A stretch of 27,429 bases of DNA from a candidate division WOR-3 bacterium (GTDB lineage Bacteria; Hydrothermota; Tepidihabitantia; Tepidihabitantales; Tepidihabitantaceae). The position numbers and the translations under genes are program-made. The stretch is taken from the NCBI GenBank assembly GCA_039801225.1, contig JBDRUH010000016.1:1-27429 (forward strand), read 5' to 3'. Of this stretch, positions 1-8,745 are shown piece after piece (position 1 is the first letter of the stretch; the number at the start of each line of letters is the position of its first letter). The notes below the pieces were generated by a model. It was not told the origin of the DNA, did not search any database, and saw nothing but the letters and a program-made list of their open reading frames with translations.

Positions 1-2
1 CG

Positions 3-2066
3 GGTGTGGTTGTTTATGACCCATATAAGGAGAAACAATATGAAGCCAAGGATGTGAAGGAGCGTTTGGGTGTAATGCCCGAAGAGGTGCCCGACTTTTT
101 AGCCCTTGCTGGCGATGCGACGGACAATATACCCGGGGTTCCGGGAATCGGACCGAAAAGGGCACTGGAGATTATTGTAAAATATGGAACCCTTGACGAG
201 GCGCTGAAACGGGATGACAGACTGAAGGGATTTGCCGCTGAGGCGAGGCTTTCCCGCCAACTCGCCGAGATTAATACCGATGCGAAGGTAGGGGTGGAGA
301 TAAAAAGTTTACTACCGCGTGAGCCAGACAGAAAGAAACTTATGGAGATTTACCGGCAAATGGAGTTTTATTCCCTTCTGCGCGAACTCCAGACAACAGA
401 GGTGAAAAGGCAAGATGCGGTTACTGTAAGGGAGGTGTTAGATAGTGCCGAATTGGCAAAGTTGTCCCAAGCCCCTTGCGGTTTTTCTTTTGAACCCGGA
501 AAAGGGTTTTGGATTTCAGCGGATGGAAAAGAGGCGGTGTTAGTCTCCTTATTAAAAAAAGAGGAAATCAAACCTTATCTTGAGCAAAGCCTGATGGTGG
601 GTTTTGATGTGAAGGGTGAGTTGCTAAATTTGCATCGGCAAGGGTTGGATTTAATTAAAAGGGTGTTTGATGTTGGAGTGGGTGCTTGGCTTTTGGACCC
701 GAATCGCAAGCGCTATCTTCCCGAGGATGTGATAAGTCAGGTTTTAGGAGATGAGGTAGAAGTGAGCGGATATCCGCAGCGGGCGGTTTGGGCCTGGCGG
801 GTTTACAAAACGCTTCTTCCCGAAATCCAGGCGCGGGGGCTTTTTAAGGTTGCTACTGAGTTGGAGATGCCTTTAATTTTTGTTCTTGCCCGGATGGAGG
901 AGCGGGGGGTGAAGATTGACCCAGTTTTCTTTAAGAGTTTGGCAGAGGAGTTGACAATAGAACAGGAGAAGGTGAAGAAAAGGATTTACGAACTGGCCGG
1001 GGTTGAGTTCAACATTGGGTCGCCCCGGCAGTTATCAACCGTGCTTTTTGAGCGGTTAAAGTTATCACCAGGCAAAAGGACAAAAACTGGCTACTCCACC
1101 GGTCAGAATGTGTTAGAGGATTTAAGAGGGAGCCATCCCATTATTGATGAGGTTTTACGCTATCGGGAACTTGGTAAACTTTTGAGCACCTATTTACAGC
1201 CGTTGTGCGAACTCGTTTCGCCCGAAACCGGGCGAGTGCACACCAAGTTTAATCAGTGCGGCACCGCCACCGGTAGACTGTCAAGTTCTGAGCCAAATTT
1301 GCAGAACATCCCGATAAGAGGGGAGTTGGGGAAGAAAGTCCGGCAAGGGTTTGTCGCCGATGAAGGGATGATGTTGATTTCTGCCGACTACTCCCAGATT
1401 GAACTGCGGGTTCTCGCCCATCTTGCCGGTGATGAAAGGTTGATTGCCGCTTTTACCCGGGGCGAGGATATCCATCAGACAACCGCCGCAGAGATTCTGG
1501 GCATCCCATTTGATGAGGTCAGCCCGGAACAGCGCCGGATTGCCAAAATGGTGAACTACGGACTTATTTATGGAATGGGGGACTATGGGCTTTCATCCCG
1601 AACCCAAATCCCGATTGAACAGGCGCGAGCGTTTATGGAGGAGTATTTTCATAAGTTTCCCGGTGTGGCGAGATGGCGCGAGCGGACTATGGAGGAGGCG
1701 AAAAGAGACGGGCTGGTCAAGACAATCTCCGGAAGAATCAGACCGGTGCCCGGCGTATTCAGCGAGAACCGGCAGGTGGTTGAGGCGTCCCTGCGCGCCG
1801 CTTTAAATGCCCCGGTTCAGGGTTCGGCGGCCGATATTATCAAACGGGCGATGATAAGGTTGGATGAAAATCTTCAAGAGAGAAGGTTAGGGGGTGGCAT
1901 CATCCTTCAGATTCACGATGAACTGCTGATTGAGGTGGAGCAAAGCCGGGTGGAGGAGGCAAAGGAGATTGTGAAAAGGGAAATGGAAAACGCCTGGCAT
2001 TTGCAGGTTCCTCTGGTGGTGGAGATAGGAGTGGGGAAAAATTGGGGGGAGGCGGATGGACAGTAG
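3..2066 (+). CDS. polA: DNA polymerase I (5' end outside window; frame open from base 3)
   Basis: 5'-3' exonuclease H3TH motif (GDATDNIPGVPGIGPK), TGRLSSSEPNLQNIP, motif A (ADYSQIELRVLAH), motif B (RRIAKMVNYGLIYG), motif C (LQIHDEL). Confidence 0.98.
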   Translation, partial: GVVVYDPYKEKQYEAKDVKERLGVMPEEVPDFLALAGDATDNIPGVPGIGPKRALEIIVKYGTLDEALKRDDRLKGFAAEARLSRQLAEINTDAKVGVEIKSLLPREPDRKKLMEIYRQMEFYSLLRELQTTEVKRQDAVTVREVLDSAELAKLSQAPCGFSFEPGKGFWISADGKEAVLVSLLKKEEIKPYLEQSLMVGFDVKGELLNLHRQGLDLIKRVFDVGVGAWLLDPNRKRYLPEDVISQVLGDEVEVSGYPQRAVWAWRVYKTLLPEIQARGLFKVATELEMPLIFVLARMEERGVKIDPVFFKSLAEELTIEQEKVKKRIYELAGVEFNIGSPRQLSTVLFERLKLSPGKRTKTGYSTGQNVLEDLRGSHPIIDEVLRYRELGKLLSTYLQPLCELVSPETGRVHTKFNQCGTATGRLSSSEPNLQNIPIRGELGKKVRQGFVADEGMMLISADYSQIELRVLAHLAGDERLIAAFTRGEDIHQTTAAEILGIPFDEVSPEQRRIAKMVNYGLIYGMGDYGLSSRTQIPIEQARAFMEEYFHKFPGVARWRERTMEEAKRDGLVKTISGRIRPVPGVFSENRQVVEASLRAALNAPVQGSAADIIKRAMIRLDENLQERRLGGGIILQIHDELLIEVEQSRVEEAKEIVKREMENAWHLQVPLVVEIGVGKNWGEADGQ

Positions 2067-3267
2067 TGAAAGGCGGAAGGCGGAAGGTGGAAGGCGGAAG
2101 GTGGAAGGCGGAAAAAGGCGGAAGGTCCTTTTTGCTTTTGGCACAAGACCGGAGGCGATAAAACTGGCCCCGGTGATTAACGAGTTGCGGCGCTATCCGG
2201 AGAGGTTTAATGTGCGGGTAGTGGTAACCGCCCAGCATCGGGAGATGCTGGACCAGGTGCTCTCCCTCTTTAAGATCAAACCCGACTATGACTTAGGGGT
2301 AATGAGGGAGGGGCAGAGTCTGAGCGACACCCTTGTTCACTCCTTGCGACGGCTGGAGCCAGTTATGAAAAAGGAGCGGCCTGAGGTAGTCTTGGTTCAG
2401 GGTGACGCCACCAGCGCCTTTGCCAGTGCACTTGCCGCCTATTATCATAAAATTCCGGTGGCACATATTGAAGCGGGCTTGCGCACCCTTGACAAATTTG
2501 CCCCATTCCCCGAGGAGGTGAACCGGAGGTTTATAACCATTATTGCCGACTGGCACTTTGCCCCGACATTAAAGGCAAAGGAAAACCTTCTACAAGAGGG
2601 CGTTCCCGAGTCACGAATATATGTTACCGGCAATACGGTAATTGATGCCTTACTCTGGGTCAGGTCAAAGGTATGCCCCGAGCGAAGCCGAGGGGTCAAG
2701 AGTCAAAATGACGGAGCCGAGGGGGCGATAGCCAATCACCGGCGGCTGATTTTGGTTACCCTCCACCGTCGGGAAAGTTTTGGCAAGCCCCTGAAAAGAA
2801 TATGCCGGGCGCTTGTGGCATTAGTTAAACGAAACCCGGATGTAATAATTGTTTATCCCGTGCATCCCAATCCGAGTGTCCGGAAGCCGGTAAAAAGATT
2901 TTTAGGCGGGATAAAAAACATCCGGCTGGTACCACCGTTAGATTACCGGCAGTTCGTGGAACTCCTGGAACAGGCTTATTTGGTCCTCACCGATTCCGGT
3001 GGAGTTCAGGAGGAGGCGCCCAGTTTAGGCAAACCGGTGCTGGTTTTAAGAGAGAAGACCGAGCGCCCCGAAATTCTTGCCGCCGGATGTGCCCGGCTGG
3101 TAGGAACCGACCCAGCGAGAATTATCACCGCAACGGAGAAACTCCTTCGTTCTAAGGCGACCTACCAGAAGATGGCGCAGGCGCCTAACCCCTATGGCGA
3201 CGGCAAAGCGGCAAAAAGAATCAGGCAAATTTTAGCACAATTGCTAAGGGTTGGTGCGCAGCCTTAG
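2056..3267 (+). CDS. wecB: UDP-N-acetylglucosamine 2-epimerase (non-hydrolysing); alternative in-frame GTG start at 2101
   Basis: FGTRPEAIK, QHREML, HIEAGLR, PFPEEVNR, HRRE, TDSGGVQEEAP, TERPE, NPYGDG motifs. Confidence 0.96.
   Translation: MDSSERRKAEGGRRKVEGGKRRKVLFAFGTRPEAIKLAPVINELRRYPERFNVRVVVTAQHREMLDQVLSLFKIKPDYDLGVMREGQSLSDTLVHSLRRLEPVMKKERPEVVLVQGDATSAFASALAAYYHKIPVAHIEAGLRTLDKFAPFPEEVNRRFITIIADWHFAPTLKAKENLLQEGVPESRIYVTGNTVIDALLWVRSKVCPERSRGVKSQNDGAEGAIANHRRLILVTLHRRESFGKPLKRICRALVALVKRNPDVIIVYPVHPNPSVRKPVKRFLGGIKNIRLVPPLDYRQFVELLEQAYLVLTDSGGVQEEAPSLGKPVLVLREKTERPEILAAGCARLVGTDPARIITATEKLLRSKATYQKMAQAPNPYGDGKAAKRIRQILAQLLRVGAQP
2070..2126 (+). repeat. Heptamer tandem array (AAGGYGG)x6 + AAA + AAGGCGG + AAGGT
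   Basis: Units read directly at 2070, 2077, 2084, 2091, 2098, 2105 and 2115; encode RRKAEGGRRKVEGGKRRK at the WecB N-terminus. Confidence 0.95.
2674..2724 (+). repeat. Short hairpin element TGCCCC-GA-GCGAAGC-CGA-GGGG (2674-2695) plus 3' half copy (2712-2724), in frame in wecB
   Basis: CCCC/GGGG outer stem with GCGAAGC core; same architecture as the copies at 13873-13920. Confidence 0.75.
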
Positions 3268-3293
3268 CACCTTTTTTACCAGCCTCTCGTCCC

Positions 3294-3327
3294 TGTCATT
3301 GCGACCCGAATCGGGGAAGCAATCTCC
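3294..3327 (+). repeat. Intergenic palindromic element TGTC-ATTGC-GA-CCCG-AAT-CGGG-GAA-GCAAT-CTCC
   Basis: Two-stem hairpin; near-identical copy on the minus strand at 20987-21017. Confidence 0.8.
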
Positions 3328-3381
3328 TTGCATCGGCTCGGGGGAGGTGCCGGTATCTCAATCCGCGGCCAGGAATGGAGA

Positions 3382-3409
3382 TTGACAATTAAAAGAAGAT
3401 AAGTAGACT
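3382..3409 (+). promoter_or_regulatory. sigma70-type promoter TTGACA-N16-TAGACT; 6 nt before the GTG at 3416
   Basis: Consensus -35 and TAnnnT -10 in an intergenic position. Confidence 0.7.
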
Positions 3410-3415
3410 TTCAGC

Positions 3416-4663
3416 GTGAATAAAATAGTAAATTACCTCGGGGTTTTTCTTAAGTGGCGACGGCTGATTTTGTTTAATACCATAATAATTACCGTTTTGG
3501 TATTAGCGATTTCCTTTGTTTTACCGCGACGCTACACCGCCACCGCCCAGGTTTTGCCACCAAGCGATGAAGGGGAGATGTTCGGCTTTACCAGCCTTTT
3601 AGGTACACCGGGAACTGCAACCAGGCTAATGTCCCGGCTCCGGTTAGGCAGTTTTGGTGCCGCGACCGCCTCTGACCTTATGGCCGGGATTTTGGGCAGC
3701 CGGACGGTAATGGAAAGGGTAGCCGAGAGGTGCAGTGTTGCCATTTATTATAAGATTAACCCCAAGAAAACTGAGCAGATAATTAGGCAGATCAAAAAGA
3801 TGACGAAGGTTAGCATTGGCGACGAGGGGATAGTCAAGGTCAGCGTTGAGGCAAAAAGGCCGCACCTGGCGGCAAAGATTGCCAATAGTTATATTGAGGA
3901 ACTTGATAACTTCTTAAGGTCATCAAATATCAGTCGCGGGCATGTGATGAGGGTGTTCTTAGAAAAACGGGTTGCGGAAGTGGAAAGCGCCCTAATGGTG
4001 GCGGCGGAATCTTTGAGGGTTTTTCAGAGTCGGCATAAGGTGGTAACAGTGGATGATGAGACCAAGGCGGCGATTGAAGCCTATGCCAAGCTGAAGTCGC
4101 AGGCATATTTAAAACAGGCAGAGCTTGATGCGGTAAAAGATGTCGCCAGCCCGGACAACCCATATTTTATTAACCTCCAGCGCACGGTCCGGGCGTTTTC
4201 TGACCAGTTGCGCCAACTGGAGCAAGGTTCTTCTACCCAGGGATTTGGTGTTGGTTTCGGGGTTTCATTTAAAAACCTGCCCGAGGTGGCGCAAGAATTT
4301 GCCCGCCGCTATCGGGATTACGAGATTTTGGAAGAGACCTATGCAATGCTCTATCAACAGTATGAGTATGCCAAAATTTTGGAGGCAAGAGATGCACCAA
4401 CCCTGACGGTGTTGGATTATGCCGTGCCGCCTCAGCGGCACAGTTTTCCCCGGCGGAGTATTATTACGATAGTGGCATTTTTCTTCAGCCTGGCTTTTGG
4501 AGCAACCCTGGCTTTTATCCTTGAATACTTTCACCACCTCCAGGAGACAAAACCGGAAGAGTATGAAAGGTGGCGTAACCTTTGGCAGGAAATTCGTGGC
4601 GTGTTCTGGAGAAGAGGTAAGAGAGGAAAGGCAACGGAAAAGGTTGAGGGCGGAAGGCTTTGA
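3416..4663 (+). CDS. Polysaccharide co-polymerase / chain-length determinant (Wzz/GNVR family, no kinase domain)
   Basis: N-terminal TM followed by P-x-x-Y-T-A-T-A-Q-V-L-P, coiled-coil middle, VLDYAVPP...FPRR then C-terminal TM; no Walker A tail. Confidence 0.85.
   Translation: MNKIVNYLGVFLKWRRLILFNTIIITVLVLAISFVLPRRYTATAQVLPPSDEGEMFGFTSLLGTPGTATRLMSRLRLGSFGAATASDLMAGILGSRTVMERVAERCSVAIYYKINPKKTEQIIRQIKKMTKVSIGDEGIVKVSVEAKRPHLAAKIANSYIEELDNFLRSSNISRGHVMRVFLEKRVAEVESALMVAAESLRVFQSRHKVVTVDDETKAAIEAYAKLKSQAYLKQAELDAVKDVASPDNPYFINLQRTVRAFSDQLRQLEQGSSTQGFGVGFGVSFKNLPEVAQEFARRYRDYEILEETYAMLYQQYEYAKILEARDAPTLTVLDYAVPPQRHSFPRRSIITIVAFFFSLAFGATLAFILEYFHHLQETKPEEYERWRNLWQEIRGVFWRRGKRGKATEKVEGGRL
4640..4660 (+). 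repeat. Degenerate heptamer trimer AAGGTTG AGGGCGG AAGGCTT at a gene junction
   Basis: Same unit as 2070-2126; abuts the stop codon at 4661-4663. Confidence 0.5.
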
Positions 4664-6177
4664 GCCGAACAGGGCAGACATTAATAAAATGTCTGTCTCA
4701 TAGAATGATGGTGAATAGAACCAGCACTCATCGTTCAATAGCTCAGGGTATTCTTATTAACACATTCTCCTTAGCAATTGCTGATATCGCCAACAAACTT
4801 ATGTCGCTGATTTTTTTCCTTGTGGCTGCCCGGCACCTCGGTCCAGAAAAGTTTGGCATCTTCTCCTTTGCTATCGCCTTTGTCACTATCTTCACCGTTT
4901 TCCCCGATATGGGGCTCGGAATGCTAACCACCAGAGAGATCGCTCGAAATCGTTTAATCGCCCGAAGACTTATCGGCAACGGAACGACATTGAGACTCAC
5001 TGGTGCGCTAATAGTGTGGTGTTTGATACTTCTATTAGTTACCCTTTTACACTACCCGGTTGAAGTTGTCACTACCGTTTATATTACCAGTCTGTTTGTC
5101 TTAATCAATGCGCTTTTTTCCTATTATGCGAGTATCTTCTTAGGATTTGAGCGAAACGAATTTGTCGCCATTATCCGGCTGGTCCAAACCGCTCTCCTTG
5201 CCGGTGGTGCGCTACTTTTGACTCGTGGTATTCCATCGCCATTCCGTTATGCCTGGCTTTATGTCGGTGCTAATGCTATAGCAGCTCTTGCTGCCTTTGT
5301 AATTCTAAGTACCAAATTCGTCCAGCCGGCAATCTATTGGGACCTATCCGAGTGGCGCCGGATGTTAAAACTTTCCTGGCCATTTGCTGTGGCACTGGTT
5401 TTGGTGACATCTTACTACTGGAACGGGTCAATTTTTCTCTCAAAATTTTGGGGACCGGAAGAAGTTGGAATTTATAACGCCTCCTTTCGGTTGATGTACG
5501 GGGCTGGGTTTCCGGCTGCGGCCTTTTCCGCGGCGATGTATCCGGTAATCGCCCGAGTCTTTGTAGACGAGTTGGAGCGCGTTCAGAAGATGCTGGCTCG
5601 TGGAGCGCGTTATATGATAAACCTAGGCGTGCCGGTGGCGCTCTTCGGCACCATCCTGTCCCGTCCCTTGATCCAGCTCTTTTATGGCAGCAAATACATT
5701 AAATCGGTCTCAAGTCTTCAAGTTCTTGCTTGGTGGGGAGGCTGCGTTTACCTAAATTCGCTTCTCAGTATATATTTTTATGCGATAAACCGACCCAAAA
5801 TTCCCACCCTGCAACCCGGGGTGAGTTTAGCAGTGAATGTGTTCTTAAATTTATTGTTGATTCCGCGGTGGGGCGCGGTTGGTGCCGGATGGTCAATTTT
5901 TGCTGCCGAGGCGATAGGGTTGGGCATCTTGGTGTGGTCTCAATTCTTGACTCCCTGCGGTGTTCCGGCTGGTGTGTTTATTCAAGCGTTACTGCGAGCA
6001 GGATTGGCGGCATTGGTTACCGCTCCACTTGCCTGGTTTGCGGCTCGCTGGCATCCAGCAGCCGGAGTTACTGCCGCTTTTCTTGTTTACGGCGGACTTT
6101 TGCTTATCACCCGGGGTATTGAGATTGACGATGTAAAATTGGTCTTTCAAGAACTGTTTTTAAAGCGGGCTGGTTGA
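4660..6177 (+). CDS. wzx: Wzx-type oligosaccharide flippase (MOP family); true start may be ATG 4705/4708
   Basis: Many hydrophobic segments; ARHLGPEKFGIFSFA, DMGL...TREIAR, EEVGIYNAS, NLLLIPRWGAVGA. Confidence 0.88.
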   Translation: MSRTGQTLIKCLSHRMMVNRTSTHRSIAQGILINTFSLAIADIANKLMSLIFFLVAARHLGPEKFGIFSFAIAFVTIFTVFPDMGLGMLTTREIARNRLIARRLIGNGTTLRLTGALIVWCLILLLVTLLHYPVEVVTTVYITSLFVLINALFSYYASIFLGFERNEFVAIIRLVQTALLAGGALLLTRGIPSPFRYAWLYVGANAIAALAAFVILSTKFVQPAIYWDLSEWRRMLKLSWPFAVALVLVTSYYWNGSIFLSKFWGPEEVGIYNASFRLMYGAGFPAAAFSAAMYPVIARVFVDELERVQKMLARGARYMINLGVPVALFGTILSRPLIQLFYGSKYIKSVSSLQVLAWWGGCVYLNSLLSIYFYAINRPKIPTLQPGVSLAVNVFLNLLLIPRWGAVGAGWSIFAAEAIGLGILVWSQFLTPCGVPAGVFIQALLRAGLAALVTAPLAWFAARWHPAAGVTAAFLVYGGLLLITRGIEIDDVKLVFQELFLKRAG

Positions 6178-6180
6178 GTT

Positions 6181-7614
6181 ATGGAAGTTTTTCCTCTTTC
6201 GCACACCAGATGGGAAAGGTTCTTTACCTCACCCCGATTTTTATTACTCACTCTCGGAGTAGAGTTGCTAATCTTTATCGGTTTTCTTGTTTCTTTGTTT
6301 TTAGGCGACCCACAATGGGGCGTGGTTCTACTATTTATTCCGTTCCAACTTCTTCTCTGGGCGATTCTCTTCCAAGAGGATTTTTATATATTACTCTTCT
6401 TTTCTTTCATATTTCCCCTTGGTCATGTGGAACTCCTTCCGTTTCCTTACCACCGTTACTTTCTTTTTCCAACCACAATTTTGCTTTTATTATCCTCAAT
6501 TGTTACCCGATTAGTCTCCATTGAACCTTCGCCCTCCCGTCGGAAAGAATTGAGCACCCTTATCCCCTTTTTACTTCTAATCTTATGGGTGGTGATAGCG
6601 GGAATCCATGGCACTCTGCGGGGCTGGGGTTCGTCGAAGTTAATGCTCTTTTCTATACTCTGGCTGGAAGGATTAATAATGGGCTATTTCTTTGCCACGA
6701 TTCCCAAGACACTCGCTGAAATAAAGCGACTGCTTTGGGCGATGACCACCGGGGTACTCCTTGCCTTCCTCGCTCTATGGTTCTTATTTATCCTTCCAGG
6801 TGGCGGCAACCTTTTTAGAGGAAAACTGATTGAAACACCGTTTGGCATATTAAACCTTAATACTGTGGGACTCTTTGCTACGACCTTTACCGGTATTGCC
6901 TTTGGGCTACTCTTAGAAACCCAAAGAATGCGGACAAAGTTGCTTTTAATATCCGGGATTTTCTTAATGTTACTTACCTTAGCCTTTTCTGGCTCCCGGG
7001 GTGCCTGGTTGGGTTTGGGAGTATCATTGCTCTACTCGGTATTTACTCTGCGTTCCTTCTGGTTGACATTATTAGCAATAGGGGGAGGTGTTTTCACCTT
7101 TTTTATTGAGCCCCTCCGGCAGGTGCTTTTAATGCGGGTTACCGCCACCACCCCGGACGACCCAGCGCTCCTCGGCCGGCTCATATTCTGGAATTGTGCC
7201 TTAAGAATTTTCAAGGATAACTGGCTATGGGGCATCGGGGCGGAGAATTTTAGATTTGTCAAGCGTCATTACGGAATTGTGATGCCTCAAGGAGAAAGTA
7301 TTCGTTTTCACACCCATAACATTTACCTGGAGATATTGACCGACCTCGGGATAGTCGGGTTTATATCTTTTATGTGGCTGCTCGGTGGTGTATTCGTCGG
7401 TTTGCACCGCGTGCTCGGGTCGGAATTTAAAGAAGGAAGGGGACTTGCCTTAGGTCTCCTGGCAGGTTTGATCGCCTTCTTCACCCATGGACTCTTGGAC
7501 TCCTTTACTTGGAATTATGCGGCGGTGGCTTTATTGGCAGCGCTGATTGGTCTGGCGATTGCCCTGCGGCGTAAACTCTTAGAAAATTTACAAGAGGCAA
7601 AGAGTAGCAGATAG
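6181..7614 (+). CDS. O-antigen ligase / Wzy polymerase family membrane protein
   Basis: Polytopic; SGSRGAW, GRLIFW, GIGAENF, HTHNIYLEIL-x-x-x-GIVG typical of Wzy_C/WaaL. Confidence 0.87.
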   Translation: MEVFPLSHTRWERFFTSPRFLLLTLGVELLIFIGFLVSLFLGDPQWGVVLLFIPFQLLLWAILFQEDFYILLFFSFIFPLGHVELLPFPYHRYFLFPTTILLLLSSIVTRLVSIEPSPSRRKELSTLIPFLLLILWVVIAGIHGTLRGWGSSKLMLFSILWLEGLIMGYFFATIPKTLAEIKRLLWAMTTGVLLAFLALWFLFILPGGGNLFRGKLIETPFGILNLNTVGLFATTFTGIAFGLLLETQRMRTKLLLISGIFLMLLTLAFSGSRGAWLGLGVSLLYSVFTLRSFWLTLLAIGGGVFTFFIEPLRQVLLMRVTATTPDDPALLGRLIFWNCALRIFKDNWLWGIGAENFRFVKRHYGIVMPQGESIRFHTHNIYLEILTDLGIVGFISFMWLLGGVFVGLHRVLGSEFKEGRGLALGLLAGLIAFFTHGLLDSFTWNYAAVALLAALIGLAIALRRKLLENLQEAKSSR

Positions 7615-7624
7615 AATTTGAGCG

Positions 7625-8737
7625 ATGCGGATTGGCGTTGACGGGATATCATTTGCCTTTGCGGCAACCGGGGTAACCCGCTATTTAACCAGTATGCTCA
7701 GGGAAATGGTCCAGATGGCTACCCAGGATGAGTTTTTTATCTACTCGCCTGTGCCCATTGAAGTGCCACTTGATAAAGGCAACTGGCATCTGCGGGTAGT
7801 GCCAAGTCTTTTTTCCCGACGCCCCAGTTTGTGGACGCAGTTTATTTTGCCTCAGGTTCTGGCAGAGGACAATATAGATGTCTTCTGGGCCCAGCCCACG
7901 AACCTGCCCCTGAAGTTAAAGCGCCGAGCATTGCGAATATTAACCCTTCACGACCTTGTCCCCTATGTCTACCCAGGCAGTATGCAGTTACGGGCGCTTT
8001 TAAGGACGCGGTTGCTCCTTCCCCGGGTGGTGCGGGCGGCGGACATCGTAGTTTGTGTTTCCGATAGCACCGCCCAAGAGGCGCGGAATTATTTTAAAAT
8101 TAAGGAGGAGAAGTTGAGGGTGGTGAAGGAGGGCGCCTCGTCTATTTTTCAACCGGTGGATAAAGAAGCGGCGAAGGAGATTGTTTCCCAAGAGTTTGGC
8201 ATTACCGGTGATTACATCATTTTTGTCAGCACCATTGAGCCGAGAAAGGACCACCGCACCCTTTTCCGAGCTCTCAGTGAATTGACCGCTCCGCCCTTAC
8301 TAGTGTTAGTCGGCGGTATTGGCTGGCGTTGTCGGGCGATTCTTAAGGAGATTAAAGAGTTTGAGAAAAAAGGAATCGTGCGGTATTTGGGACGGGTGGC
8401 GGACCGTTATCTGCCAGCACTGTACAGCGCTGCCCAACTTTCGCTCTATCCCTCTCGGTATGAGGGTTTTGGTCTACCGGTGTTGGAGGCGATGGCGTGC
8501 GGGTGTCCGGTGCTGTGTAGCGATATTCCCAGTCTCACTGAGGTGGGCGGAGAGTCGGCAGAGTATTTTCGGGTTGGTGACTATCAGGATTTAAAGGATA
8601 AGTTAAAAGAAATTTTGGGGAATGAACAACTCCGTGAAGAGATAGTCCAACGGGGTCTCAGCCGAGCGAAAGAATTTAGTTTTACCAAAGCCGCTCAACA
8701 ACTATTGAATATAATAAAGAAAGCCCAGATATCTTAA
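7625..8737 (+). CDS. GT4 (group 1) glycosyltransferase
   Basis: MRIGVD start, TLHDL, IEPRKD, YPSRYEGFGLPVLEAMACG (EX7E). Confidence 0.93.
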   Translation: MRIGVDGISFAFAATGVTRYLTSMLREMVQMATQDEFFIYSPVPIEVPLDKGNWHLRVVPSLFSRRPSLWTQFILPQVLAEDNIDVFWAQPTNLPLKLKRRALRILTLHDLVPYVYPGSMQLRALLRTRLLLPRVVRAADIVVCVSDSTAQEARNYFKIKEEKLRVVKEGASSIFQPVDKEAAKEIVSQEFGITGDYIIFVSTIEPRKDHRTLFRALSELTAPPLLVLVGGIGWRCRAILKEIKEFEKKGIVRYLGRVADRYLPALYSAAQLSLYPSRYEGFGLPVLEAMACGCPVLCSDIPSLTEVGGESAEYFRVGDYQDLKDKLKEILGNEQLREEIVQRGLSRAKEFSFTKAAQQLLNIIKKAQIS

Positions 8738-8745
8738 GCACCTTC

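Noticed and set aside
2070..2126. G-quadruplex function of the AAGGYGG array
   Set aside because: Only GG runs (two-tier at best), and other heptamer arrays in the window lack this property, so it does not explain the pattern.
1887..2238. Minus-strand ORFs with FRLPPSAF-type repeats
   Set aside because: Antisense translations of the heptamer array overlapping polA and wecB.
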